This document shows, in pieces, positions 19,518 to 29,310 of a stretch of 64,000 nt of DNA. Under the pieces are notes generated by a model. The model made no database searches. It was not told the DNA's origin and saw only the letters and a list, made by a program, of their open reading frames with translations. Location: positions 7,268 through 71,267 of the IMG/VR virus record IMGVR_UViG_3300046810_000322; one strand, written 5' to 3'. A program made the translations under genes and the position numbers. Source of the DNA: a virus. Every line of letters begins with the position of its first letter. The stretch's first letter is position 1.

Positions 19518-22073
19518 TTAGTGAACAATGTGGACGTGCTTGTTGTATTCACGACCTGATGGAATAACGATGTTACGATCGTCAATCACGCAGATCTCTG
19601 AATTAGTAAATGCCGAGTAACTGGCAGCGTAATGTGAAACCATGAACAACTGTGGATGATTACCATTTTCCATCATCCAACGAATTTCTTCCGTGGCAGA
19701 GAAACGGTGCGCATCATCAAAACTCTTACCGAACTCATCTAAGAACAATGGCGTGTCAGCCAAACCCAACTGACGGATAGCAACCATCTTAAATGCCAAG
19801 TCGATCATTTCGACAATGCCTTCGCTGCCCAAGGAAACGTCTGGCACGATATTCGTTTCCCGTTCCACGATCATCTTGAACTTGTAGTCCAACTCAGCAG
19901 ACTGTTCGCCATTCTCCATGTCATAGCCGGTTGGGATAACTTGCAATGGATAAGCCCAGACGCGAGCAATGAAGGTATTCATCTGGCCGACAAAGTTACG
20001 AATGAAACCCAGCAGACCTTCTGCAATCAAACCGTGGGTTGGCGACAAAGCCTTTACCATGGTCTTCGCTGCAATTTCTTGGATCTCGTTCTTAGCTACC
20101 TGTTCTTGTAACTTCCCAACCAACGCTTTCTGCATCTTAACTGAGCGCAGCGATTCTTGTTTCAACGCCAGTGCTTGTTCAACCTGACGGATACAGTGGT
20201 GGATACTCTCACGACGCAGCGCTTCAACATGTTCCCACTGCTGATTCTCAACCATGACAAACAGACGCTTGACTTCCTCACCCAGTTGAATGCCTGTGTT
20301 CAGTTGACGACGGTAGTCGCTGTAGTCAGAGATCGCGCGACTAACTCCGGCCAATGTTGAAGTCAACTGGCCCAGCTTTGTCGTCAGCTCATCCATCTGC
20401 GTCCGCACTTCAACCAGATTGGCATCACCTACTTCGGCAGCTTGTACCCTGAGTTTCAACAACTCGTCGATGCGCTCTTCCATGGTTTGCACTTCCACGG
20501 AGATCATCAGGTCATTCTTTACAGAACGGACCAGGCTGGTTGCTTCCATCGGTGATTCGAATAAGAGTTGCGATTCGAGCAGGTGATCCCACAGCGACTT
20601 CAGAACAGCAACGCTCTTCGTAAAGCTCATGACTTCACGATATTGGTCGAAGTAACCTTCTACGGCTTTGATCTTGGTCATCAAGTCCGTGTGGTTTTCC
20701 AATGCAGCTTTGTGTTCGGTTTGCGCAACTTGGATGTCCTCCAGCAATTTCTGATACTGTTCTTCATTCACACCCAGCACCCAAGTGTGATTACACTGCG
20801 GGCAGGTATGCTTGTCGCGACCGCGATGCTGGTCAGCATGTTCACGCTGTGCAACTAGACGAGAAACCTTCAAACCAGCTTCGTTCACAGCTGCGACTAA
20901 CTTCAGACCTTGTTCTTGCAGCTCTTGATGACGGGCGCGACCGTAACGACGGTCAGAGTTGACTGGCAGGTTACGGATGGCGTCAGTCAAAGGCGTATCA
21001 ATGCTCTCGAGTGCCAGTTCGGCAGCCTTGGCGTCCGTAAAGACTAATCCAACCCGCATGCTGCTTACCTTAGCACTGATCGTCTTTTGCAACGTATCAA
21101 TCTGCACATTCAAACTCTCTACACCTTCTGCTCCGGTTCGAATCAAGATGTCGTGTTGACGCTGCGCTTTGTTGAACTGCTCCGACACGGTAACGAGTAC
21201 AGCTTCCTGACCAGTGACGATATGCTTCAGGCGATCTAACTCTTGGTCGATCTCTTCGACGGACTGGAATGTGGTACGCTTTAGCTGTCCCCAGTCATCC
21301 CGTTCCATTCGGCCGTCAGTGTATGCCAGAGGCACCACAATCTTGTTGCGTAACAACCTGAGAGAAGTATCGTCCAACGCCCGTAGAGCGCGTGAGCGCT
21401 CATTTAAGTGGTGTGCTGAGGATGTACCGAGTGGTGAACGTTCTGCTGTCAGCAAATTCAGCTCTCGCAGCAACTCTTCCACCTCAGTTTCCAGCTTCGC
21501 TTCTTCGGCGTCCGACATGATCTTGGTGGTTTCAGTCACCAAGTTCTTCTTGTTTTCTCTGGCCGCACCAGCCAACCAGTTTGCACGCTCTTTCAGTTTT
21601 TCGAACGCAGACATGGCGAAGGTGTAATCGGTGGTGCACATCCGAGTAAACCATTCACGCCGCTTGGCTGGCGCCATGGCATGGAATTTCTCTTTGCCAC
21701 GCATCAAGTCATGTGTCTGTTGTGTTACCTTGAAATACTTCTCAACCAGTTCTCGCTGCACACGCTCTGTGCCGCCTGGGTTTTGTTCTTCTCCGTCAAT
21801 CTGGAAACTGTGGTGTGCTCCGGAATCGAAGCGACTGGTACAAACATACTGACGGCCATCCATGATGGCTTTAAATACCTTGCTACCACCTTTGACAAAC
21901 GCAGCAGCTTCTGCTGGCCAAGGAGAGAGCTGGGCGATCAATGAGCTTTTGCCACAACCATTTGTTCCCAAGATCAACTGCACCGCCATGGTGGGGGTGA
22001 TTGTGATTTTGCGGATGTTATTTAACAGCATCCGACGAAAACCTTCGAGGGTGCAAGATTCAATTCTGTACAT
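19518..22073 (-). CDS. sbcC: SbcC/Rad50-like ATPase (phiKZ gp165-like)
   Basis: Walker A GTNGCGKSS, coiled coils, CPQC zinc hook, GSEG signature, LFLDE Walker B. Confidence 0.9.
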   Translation of the reverse strand: MYRIESCTLEGFRRMLLNNIRKITITPTMAVQLILGTNGCGKSSLIAQLSPWPAEAAAFVKGGSKVFKAIMDGRQYVCTSRFDSGAHHSFQIDGEEQNPGGTERVQRELVEKYFKVTQQTHDLMRGKEKFHAMAPAKRREWFTRMCTTDYTFAMSAFEKLKERANWLAGAARENKKNLVTETTKIMSDAEEAKLETEVEELLRELNLLTAERSPLGTSSAHHLNERSRALRALDDTSLRLLRNKIVVPLAYTDGRMERDDWGQLKRTTFQSVEEIDQELDRLKHIVTGQEAVLVTVSEQFNKAQRQHDILIRTGAEGVESLNVQIDTLQKTISAKVSSMRVGLVFTDAKAAELALESIDTPLTDAIRNLPVNSDRRYGRARHQELQEQGLKLVAAVNEAGLKVSRLVAQREHADQHRGRDKHTCPQCNHTWVLGVNEEQYQKLLEDIQVAQTEHKAALENHTDLMTKIKAVEGYFDQYREVMSFTKSVAVLKSLWDHLLESQLLFESPMEATSLVRSVKNDLMISVEVQTMEERIDELLKLRVQAAEVGDANLVEVRTQMDELTTKLGQLTSTLAGVSRAISDYSDYRRQLNTGIQLGEEVKRLFVMVENQQWEHVEALRRESIHHCIRQVEQALALKQESLRSVKMQKALVGKLQEQVAKNEIQEIAAKTMVKALSPTHGLIAEGLLGFIRNFVGQMNTFIARVWAYPLQVIPTGYDMENGEQSAELDYKFKMIVERETNIVPDVSLGSEGIVEMIDLAFKMVAIRQLGLADTPLFLDEFGKSFDDAHRFSATEEIRWMMENGNHPQLFMVSHYAASYSAFTNSEICVIDDRNIVIPSGREYNKHVHIVH

Positions 22074-22152
22074 GAGTTCTTTCTTTTATGAGCCTCTTAC
22101 AGAGCATAACTAACTGCCATATTTTTCATTTTATTCAATAGGAGTTCACTTC

Positions 22153-22983
22153 ATGGCGTTCTCTGAGTTAAAGGTATATTCCATCGGCATTGCTGCAGAG
22201 AACTTGAAACTTCTGTCAGCCGATGGGAAATCCCCGAACCGCATTCTCGAAGTCACCCCGATTGAAGACTCGCCTATGTTAGACGGCGAGATCAATTCCG
22301 ATCTGGTCGATGACAAGGTCAAGTACCAAGATGCTAACGGTGGCGCATTCGAAGTCAAGGTGACCACCGCCAATAGCGTGAAAGCTGTTTGGCTGCCTTT
22401 GGGTAGTGCGAACCGCTTCACCGCCCCTAACGTCCGTCGTGGTGAGCGAGTTATGCTCTACCGATATGCAGACGAGGATAAATTCTACTGGACAACATTA
22501 TTCGATGACCTGAAGCTACGTAAGCTTGAGACGGTCATTTATGCGTTTAGTGGGACTCAAGACGAATCCAACCAAACCATAACTCCAGAATCCTACTACT
22601 TCCTGGAGGTTTCTACTCACAAAGGTTTAGTCCATTTCCATACTTCGAAGAAGAATGGCGAGTTCTGCTCCTACGATCTTCAGATCAACCCTAAGGAAGG
22701 GATGATCCGTATTCAGGATGATGTTGGAAACATCTTCATGTTCGACTCGAAAGAGAAACAGATCTCCATGAAGAATGCAGATGACTGCTACTTCGAGATT
22801 AACAAAAAGAACATGACCTTGAGTGTGCCGGAGACTTACACACTCAAGGCCAAGAATGTTGTTGAAGAAGTGGGTGAGAAGATCAATATCAAAGCTGGTA
22901 GCAGCATTATTGAGAAAGCCGGAGGCGCTGTTACTATCGAAGGTGCCAACGTGAGTATCAGTAAAAATGTGGCCTTGACTTAA
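22153..22983 (+). CDS. Baseplate central spike (gp5/VgrG-like; phiKZ gp164-like)
   Basis: OB-fold-like PNVRRGERV, beta-helical C-terminus, PAAR gene immediately downstream. Confidence 0.75.
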   Translation: MAFSELKVYSIGIAAENLKLLSADGKSPNRILEVTPIEDSPMLDGEINSDLVDDKVKYQDANGGAFEVKVTTANSVKAVWLPLGSANRFTAPNVRRGERVMLYRYADEDKFYWTTLFDDLKLRKLETVIYAFSGTQDESNQTITPESYYFLEVSTHKGLVHFHTSKKNGEFCSYDLQINPKEGMIRIQDDVGNIFMFDSKEKQISMKNADDCYFEINKKNMTLSVPETYTLKAKNVVEEVGEKINIKAGSSIIEKAGGAVTIEGANVSISKNVALT

Positions 22984-22992
22984 GGAGGTAGT

Positions 22993-23250
22993 ATGCCAAA
23001 GATTGTACGCCTCAACGACGCCAGTAATCATGGTGGAAAAATGATTCAAGCTACGGGTAACTTCACCGTCGATGGTGTTCAAGCCTGTGTCAATGGTGAC
23101 CAACATAGCTGCCCTATTCCTGGGCACGGTGTAACGTCAGTAACGTCTAGCTCTGCTAACACTGGTTCTGGCAAACCGATTATTCGTGTTGGCGATAAAG
23201 CTGGGTGTGGCGCCGCATTAAGTGCTGGCGGTTCCGCAACAACAACATAA
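22993..23250 (+). CDS. PAAR-repeat spike tip protein
   Basis: IVRLND..HGG, GD.HSCP..GHG, IIRVGD..GCGA. Confidence 0.9.
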   Translation: MPKIVRLNDASNHGGKMIQATGNFTVDGVQACVNGDQHSCPIPGHGVTSVTSSSANTGSGKPIIRVGDKAGCGAALSAGGSATTT

Positions 23251-23291
23251 ACATAACTCCCACTCCCAATCGCGGGAGTGGGAGTTATGCC
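23251..23291. terminator. Bidirectional hairpin flanked by ACATAA/TTATGCC
   Basis: CATAACTCCCACTCCC-aatcgc-GGGAGTGGGAGTTATG. Confidence 0.8.
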
Positions 23292-23293
23292 GT

Positions 23294-24529
23294 TTAAACG
23301 TCAGAACCAATCAGCAGGAAATGCGCATGCTCGTTCTCGTAACCCATCGAAGCCACATGGGAATCCGACACGGATAACTGTTTCAGCGTCGGGACAGAGT
23401 CGTAGTTGTGAACACCCTTCCACGAAGCGCTAATGTTCACGGAGTAACGATCGTGCTCCTTACGTGGCCAGAAGACTTCATGTCGACCACGGCCAACGAT
23501 CAGTGGATAGATCGGTGGTTCAGACGACGTATAGCAGCCAGGGAAAGGCGAAGCACGCAGTTCAATGGCATCAACGAAGATTTCTGGATTATCCAACACC
23601 ACGAAGAAGGTCTGCGACATGGTCAGGTATTTACGCAGCACTGCATCGCTGTACAGATTGTTGATGCTAATCTGCTCATCGTTGGTGGGGGCTGTTTCCA
23701 TACCCAGTACAGACAGGTCCAGTACCTTGTAAGATTCGTAGAAACGATCGACCAAAGGGATCTGACCGAAGTCGATACCAAAAGCCGACTTACTGATACG
23801 GAACAGCGCACGCTTATCCAGCACGTGCAGATAACCACCCAACACCAACATGACCGTCTTGTTCGACAAGTCCACGCCAGTATCCACGTAACAGTTGTTG
23901 CGCAGCAGCTCGCCGTCCTTATGGACGTAGATCATCTCGTCCTTGATCGGAATATAGTTCAGGTCACCCAGTTGCAGGAAGGACAGGATGCCCAACTCAT
24001 TCCGACCCGCATACTCGCAAGTCTTCATGCCATCGACCACGAACAAGCCATCTGTGCTGTAGTCTGTTTGATGGTAGAAGCCGTTGACATTAATCAGACA
24101 ACGGTTATACATCAGCTGGTAGTCCATCCCATCCTTGGTCATCAGCAACCAAGGTTTGTCAGCGACCGTCAGCGAGCTGGAAGCCGAGATAGTGGGGTGG
24201 GTTGGAGTGACGCCGTAGCCAGCCCGGACAGCATCCGAGAAGTTGGCATAACGGGTATTGATGTAAGGAACTTCGGTGGAGGTTGGCAGTGTACGATTAC
24301 CGTTACTCACCAACCAGTCATTGAAGGTTTGTGTGTTACCAGCCAAACTGGAACGCATCTTCTCAATGTCAAGACTGAACTTGCCAGTGAGCGCTGGGTG
24401 CTTCAGTGTGGCAATCACCCGTTTGAAGTTATTGAACAAGTCGTTCAGTGTAACTGATCCAATCTCCATTCCACGCCACCGCCCATTGCCATCGAGCGGT
24501 TTTACAATGGCAGAATCCAGTTGATACAT
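23294..24529 (-). CDS. Virion structural protein (phiKZ gp130-like)
   Basis: 411 aa; CLINVNGFYH and VMLVLGGYLH motifs; divergent from the fibre gene. Confidence 0.6.
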   Translation of the reverse strand: MYQLDSAIVKPLDGNGRWRGMEIGSVTLNDLFNNFKRVIATLKHPALTGKFSLDIEKMRSSLAGNTQTFNDWLVSNGNRTLPTSTEVPYINTRYANFSDAVRAGYGVTPTHPTISASSSLTVADKPWLLMTKDGMDYQLMYNRCLINVNGFYHQTDYSTDGLFVVDGMKTCEYAGRNELGILSFLQLGDLNYIPIKDEMIYVHKDGELLRNNCYVDTGVDLSNKTVMLVLGGYLHVLDKRALFRISKSAFGIDFGQIPLVDRFYESYKVLDLSVLGMETAPTNDEQISINNLYSDAVLRKYLTMSQTFFVVLDNPEIFVDAIELRASPFPGCYTSSEPPIYPLIVGRGRHEVFWPRKEHDRYSVNISASWKGVHNYDSVPTLKQLSVSDSHVASMGYENEHAHFLLIGSDV

Positions 24530-24628
24530 AGGAAAAATCCTTTAGTCTAGTGGGCGATGAGCCGAGATAATATAGTCGCTAGGACACTAACATAACATAT
24601 TTCCCAGACCTTTTTAAGGGTGCTTTTC

Positions 24629-25873
24629 ATGTCGAACGTTCTTACTAGCCCGCAATACCAGTTTGATCCGTCTGGTGTTAACCCAGCGAATCGAATCATT
24701 GGCGAACTGCAGCCTTTGACCGGTATGGGTGATCGGGATTACTACCTCGTTGTCCCTGCAGCCACTCCGTTCTTTGCGGACTCGATCCAGCTCAGTTTCA
24801 AATCCTTGCAAGGGGACATCCGCCTCCTTGTTGAAGGAGTAGATTATTATTTATCTCACTGGTTCATGGGTGCATCCCGTGCAACAGCCCAGCCAGTATA
24901 CGGTTCCATTACCCTGATGAACTCGGAGTTGCGTGGCACCTTGGTGCTTAACAATTACCAAACCATCGGCGGCGACTGGACCGTAGATACCAACACCATC
25001 GCAACGGTGCTGGCAGACCGCATTCATAACCCACGTCGCATCGCGTGGGATCAGGTGGCCGGCTACCCCACTATCTTTCCTCCTGTACCGCACGAGTGGA
25101 ACCTGGTGGACATGGTTGGTCAAAGTCAAATGCTGGCAGCCATTGATCGTATCGTTGACGCGATCCTGACGCAAGCGTCGTCGGCAATGATCGAACACAT
25201 CAACGACATGTCCGGCCAGGCGCACGGCATTACACCAGCCAGCATCGGCGCCGTGTCCTATGCCCAATTAATTGCAGCTGTGAACGATGCGGTTGCTGAT
25301 GCTGGTGGCACGACCGACGGCATCCAAGAAGGCGATAACAACAAGTTCTTTACTGAGGCGCGCGTACTCGCGACTAAGCTGGCTGGCTATGTGGTGAGCA
25401 ACACGGTGGCCAACTTGGCCGATACCGACAGCATCATGGTGGCACTCACCAAGCTGCAAGCGCAGGCTACAGCCAACGCCACTGAGATCGCCAAGAAGCT
25501 CAACACGGTTCGTCCGTATTTCACTGGTCTTGGTTCGCAGAACTTGGTGAAGCTGGTCATGACCACGTCGTTCTCCATCGACATCACCCAAGCAGAAGCT
25601 TTCCAAGTTCGGATTCAAGGTTCTGGTTCGATCGGTTTCAATACCGCGACCCTGGGCGACATGACCGACCGCGTGATTGCTTTCTCGGTGACCACGGTAA
25701 ACGATGGTACAGCTAACGCCTATGCCATTGCGTGGCCGTCGAATGTGAAGTGGGTGGATGGCACGCCACCTCCACGTACCACCGCAGCCAATGCAAAAGA
25801 CTACTGGTACTTCGTCTCGGAAGATGGCGGTGCCACGTACTCCGGTTCCCTGTCGAACGCAAACCCACGTTAA
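24629..25873 (+). CDS. Tail fibre/adaptor protein 1 (phiKZ gp131-family N-terminus)
   Basis: YQFDPSGVNPANRI.GE N-terminus; C-terminal domain shared with 30658-31731. Confidence 0.7.
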   Translation: MSNVLTSPQYQFDPSGVNPANRIIGELQPLTGMGDRDYYLVVPAATPFFADSIQLSFKSLQGDIRLLVEGVDYYLSHWFMGASRATAQPVYGSITLMNSELRGTLVLNNYQTIGGDWTVDTNTIATVLADRIHNPRRIAWDQVAGYPTIFPPVPHEWNLVDMVGQSQMLAAIDRIVDAILTQASSAMIEHINDMSGQAHGITPASIGAVSYAQLIAAVNDAVADAGGTTDGIQEGDNNKFFTEARVLATKLAGYVVSNTVANLADTDSIMVALTKLQAQATANATEIAKKLNTVRPYFTGLGSQNLVKLVMTTSFSIDITQAEAFQVRIQGSGSIGFNTATLGDMTDRVIAFSVTTVNDGTANAYAIAWPSNVKWVDGTPPPRTTAANAKDYWYFVSEDGGATYSGSLSNANPR

Positions 25874-25890
25874 ACAGAAGGTAGGGCAGC

Positions 25891-27711
25891 ATGTCTCGTG
25901 TAACTAAACTTCAGCGCCGAGAGAGAACCAATGCCCGTGCAATCCCAGGAACGTTGACGTTTAACGCTCCCGGGGTCGCTGTGCTCAAGTATGGTAAGTC
26001 ACACATACTGGTCTCTGGTACTGGCGCGCCAGGCGGCGCAGCAACGCCGGGTAATGCAATCTATAACCCGGTTGTTCCTGGCACCGTCTCCGGCACCAAT
26101 CCAAACACCCCAGGCAATGTCAGTGGGTACAACCCTGTCATCCCTGGGAACGCGAATTACAATCCCAGCAATGGCGGTAACGCGAATTACAACCCGGATT
26201 CTGGCGGCAACTATGCCGGAACAAATCCAGGGACGGGCGGTAACGTAGCGGGTTACAACCCCATCACTCCTGGTACCCAGTACACCAACACGGGGACGTA
26301 CACCCCTGGTAATTATGTCCCTGCAAAATACACAGCAGGCACGAGTTATCAAAATCCTGCCACGTTCACTCCGGGTAACTTGGTCCCGGCGTCGTACACT
26401 GCCGGAACGAGCTACCAGAATCCGGCGACGTTTACTCCTGGTAATCCATACACGAACCCATCGACCTATACGCCTGGCAACACCAACGCCGGCTATGACG
26501 ATGAAATGCACACGGGGTATGGTACTCCGTGTCCTGGTGGCTGGAGTTTTGCTGGGTATGACATCAATGAACTTGGTAAGCCGGAGCGGATCTGTGTGAT
26601 CTACTACCCAGGTAACACCAACCCTGGAACTTACACTGCTGGTAACAACGGCACCAACCCAGGCACGACGACTCCAGGTAATGGTGGATCTAACTCTGGC
26701 ACATACACTCCGGCGTATTACAATCCAGGGACCACAACACCTGGCAATGGAGGGTCCAATTCCAGTACGTACACCCCCGCCTACAGTAACCCTGGGTCTT
26801 ATTCACCAGGGTCCACTGGTTACAATCCAGCAACTGGCGGCAACCCCACCTACAATCCACCCGTAGCTGGCAACCCGTATTACAACCCGTATGTCCCAGG
26901 AAACATCTCTGGTTACAACCCAGGTAACCCTGGCAATGTGGCTGGTTACAATCCAGATAACGGGGGTAACGCGACATACAACCCAGTAATACCAGGAACG
27001 GCGAATTATAATTTACCAACCCCGGGAAATGCTGTGTATAACCCGACAGTCCCTGGGAATATCTCCGGTTACAATCCGCCGAGTGGTGGAAATCTGATCG
27101 GATACAACCCAGACTCGCCTGGGAACTATGCTGGTGTGAACCCGCCGGGCGGTCACACGGTGGCAGGATACAACCCACCTACTGGTGGAAATGAAGCCTA
27201 TGCCAATGGTAGTGCAACGATTGTGGTGACAGGTCCTCCGGGTAACGCAGCTGCGTCACCAGAGTACTATACCTACACCACCTCGTCATTGTTTGCGCCC
27301 ACCACAACGTATTACGTGGACAACGCCAATGGCAACACGTACTACGCGCAGTTCAATGCCGACGGCACGAACTACAACCCATCTCAGCCTGGTAGCGCGA
27401 ACTACAATCCGGTAATTCCGGGTGAAGCTTATTACAACCCAGGTAACCCAGGGAATGCTATTTACAGTCCGGCTGTTCCAGGTACTGCGAATTACAATCC
27501 TACGGTTCCGGCAGCTGCAGCGTATAACCCGCCGACAAGCGGCGCGCCATCAGCTCCCTTCACTGTGTTGGGCGTCACGTTCCCAGGTTCGACCTCTGGT
27601 ACACCTGGAAGTTATGTGGCAGATCGTCTGGTCGAAGTACCTTACTCGGCCAACGGCGTAGCAATCCCGGTAGGACCTGGAGCACAAGTTGTTGTGAAAC
27701 AGCAGTTCTAA
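25891..27711 (+). CDS. YNP-repeat Pro/Gly/Asn/Tyr-rich protein A, putative fibre-tip adhesin
   Basis: 606 aa with many 10- and 11-aa YNPxxxGN repeats between short non-repetitive termini homologous to 31747-32673. Confidence 0.8.
   Translation: MSRVTKLQRRERTNARAIPGTLTFNAPGVAVLKYGKSHILVSGTGAPGGAATPGNAIYNPVVPGTVSGTNPNTPGNVSGYNPVIPGNANYNPSNGGNANYNPDSGGNYAGTNPGTGGNVAGYNPITPGTQYTNTGTYTPGNYVPAKYTAGTSYQNPATFTPGNLVPASYTAGTSYQNPATFTPGNPYTNPSTYTPGNTNAGYDDEMHTGYGTPCPGGWSFAGYDINELGKPERICVIYYPGNTNPGTYTAGNNGTNPGTTTPGNGGSNSGTYTPAYYNPGTTTPGNGGSNSSTYTPAYSNPGSYSPGSTGYNPATGGNPTYNPPVAGNPYYNPYVPGNISGYNPGNPGNVAGYNPDNGGNATYNPVIPGTANYNLPTPGNAVYNPTVPGNISGYNPPSGGNLIGYNPDSPGNYAGVNPPGGHTVAGYNPPTGGNEAYANGSATIVVTGPPGNAAASPEYYTYTTSSLFAPTTTYYVDNANGNTYYAQFNADGTNYNPSQPGSANYNPVIPGEAYYNPGNPGNAIYSPAVPGTANYNPTVPAAAAYNPPTSGAPSAPFTVLGVTFPGSTSGTPGSYVADRLVEVPYSANGVAIPVGPGAQVVVKQQF
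26314..26445 (+). repeat. 66-nt (22-aa) tandem duplication in the outbound arm
   Basis: YVPAKYTAGTSYQNPATFTPGN / LVPASYTAGTSYQNPATFTPGN; DNA copies differ mostly at third codon positions. Confidence 0.85.
26656..26787 (+). repeat. 66-nt (22-aa) tandem duplication in the return arm
   Basis: NPGTTTPGNGGSNSGTYTPAYY / NPGTTTPGNGGSNSSTYTPAYS. Confidence 0.85.
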
Positions 27712-27740
27712 TAAAAACTTTTCAACCAAGGAAAACAAGC

Positions 27741-28358
27741 ATGAACCAACCTCCTCGTTATGGTATCCCCCAGCTCGGCTGGCCATTGGTGTCGCACTGT
27801 GAATTCTTCGGCTGGTTTGATGCCAATCAGTGCAAAGACCTGCTGAGTTTGGGAGAACTGCTGGCATTCAAGCCAGGCGCGGTCGGTAACAACATGGTCG
27901 AGTCCGGTGTCCGCGACTCCAACGTGGCATGGATCGACGACAACCCGAACGGTCCGAACCACCAGCTGCGGGTCTGGTTGATCAACCACTTCGCTGCGGC
28001 AATTGGTCGTGTCAATCGTGACCGGTTCCAAGTCGACCTGGATCACTTCCATCCGCCGCAATTCACCAAGTACGATCTGAACCAGCACTACAATTGGCAC
28101 ACTGACGCCGAAGAAGGCAAAGAAGCCGAGACCGTGCGTAAGTTGTCGGCAGTACTGATGCTGACTGGTCCAGAAGAATACGAAGGTGGCGAGCTGGAGC
28201 TGAACATCAACGGCAATCCGGAAAAGACGCTGAAGCTGAAGCCGCCTGCAGGTACGATCGTGTTCTTCAATGCAGCGATGCCGCATCGCGTCCTGCCAGT
28301 TACTGAAGGTACGCGTGCTTCGATCGTCGTCTGGGCCGAAGGTCCGAAGAACCGTTAA
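27741..28358 (+). CDS. 2OG-Fe(II) oxygenase (prolyl-hydroxylase/PKHD-type)
   Basis: YNWHTD (HxD), RKLSAVLML, EYEGGEL, PHRVLPVTEGTR (distal His and 2OG-binding Arg). Confidence 0.92.
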   Translation: MNQPPRYGIPQLGWPLVSHCEFFGWFDANQCKDLLSLGELLAFKPGAVGNNMVESGVRDSNVAWIDDNPNGPNHQLRVWLINHFAAAIGRVNRDRFQVDLDHFHPPQFTKYDLNQHYNWHTDAEEGKEAETVRKLSAVLMLTGPEEYEGGELELNINGNPEKTLKLKPPAGTIVFFNAAMPHRVLPVTEGTRASIVVWAEGPKNR

Positions 28359-28369
28359 GGGAGCGTTTC

Positions 28370-29296
28370 ATGTTTGTGTTTGATAAATTAGCTCAATTTT
28401 TATTGACCGAAGAACGCATGGGTCGAATGGGCTTGCGGCATGAAACGCAAGAAGATCTCGATGCACTGCTGCCAGTCATCGAGTTCCTGTGCGAACCGCA
28501 GCATCGTCTGGTCATGCGTGAACCGGAACCAGCGATGAAGAACATCGCTGACTGGTGGAAGAAGATCCCAGCGAATCTGCCGAACGAACCTCGTACTCCA
28601 CGCGACCACTTCGGCATGCCGGTCATGACTGCCAAGAAGTGCATCCCACTGCTAGACGGCATGGCTTTGGGTTACACCATGGTCACCGCTGTTGACATCC
28701 ATGTGCGTACTGACCGTGATGGTAAGTTCATGGACATCAAGTGCGGTCCGACCTGGAACGGGGCATCGACCCATGACATCATCCAGCTGGGTGAACGAAC
28801 CTCGCCGACCTATCCGGGTCCTGCGATTAAGTTCCATAACCCGTGGGTGATCAAGACCCGACCTGGTTACTCGACGCTGTTTGTGCCGCCGCTGAACCAT
28901 GTGGAAGAGAAACGCTTCCAGTGCTTGGCTGCTGTGGTCGATACCGACACTTACCCGAAGCAGGTGAACTTCCCTGCTATCTGGTTTGCTAAAGGTCACG
29001 ACGGTCTGATACCGGCAGGTACTCCACTGGTCACCGCCATTCCATTCAAACGGAGTGATGTGCCTAAGGAGCTGCTGATCCGTACCATGCATGAGCGCGA
29101 GCGTCAGCACATCGCCATGTTGGAACGTGTACAGGGAGCGCGCTCCCATGTATACACGGACGAGCTGCGGGAAGACCGTAAGAAGTTCGCAGAGGCGAAA
29201 TGTCCTATGGGTCACCATGACACCACAGCGCTGCCCGCCAACGAACCCATCACCATCGGCACCTCTGGCGTCTTGGAAATCAAAGACCTCACGTAA
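28370..29296 (+). CDS. DUF6065-like (dUTPase-like beta fold) protein 1
   Basis: KKCIPLLD..GY, KFHNPWVIKTRPGYSTLFVPP, VVDTDTY..VNFP, IPAGTPL..IPFKR; family name from recall. Confidence 0.6.
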   Translation: MFVFDKLAQFLLTEERMGRMGLRHETQEDLDALLPVIEFLCEPQHRLVMREPEPAMKNIADWWKKIPANLPNEPRTPRDHFGMPVMTAKKCIPLLDGMALGYTMVTAVDIHVRTDRDGKFMDIKCGPTWNGASTHDIIQLGERTSPTYPGPAIKFHNPWVIKTRPGYSTLFVPPLNHVEEKRFQCLAAVVDTDTYPKQVNFPAIWFAKGHDGLIPAGTPLVTAIPFKRSDVPKELLIRTMHERERQHIAMLERVQGARSHVYTDELREDRKKFAEAKCPMGHHDTTALPANEPITIGTSGVLEIKDLT

Positions 29297-29310
29297 CAGG
29301 AAGAGAAAAG

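Noticed and set aside
24568-24582. Fourth promoter-motif copy (minus strand TAGCGACTATATTA)
   Set aside because: Lacks the TCA element and precedes a structural gene; too weak to call
26062-27522. Recurring TACAACCC units resembling a CRISPR array or DNA repeat element
   Set aside because: Period is 30 or 33 nt and in frame with synonymous variation; no fixed repeat-spacer structure and no cas genes
25891-27711. Collagen-like fibre as substrate of the prolyl hydroxylase
   Set aside because: No Gly-X-Y triplet periodicity; repeats are 10 or 11 residues
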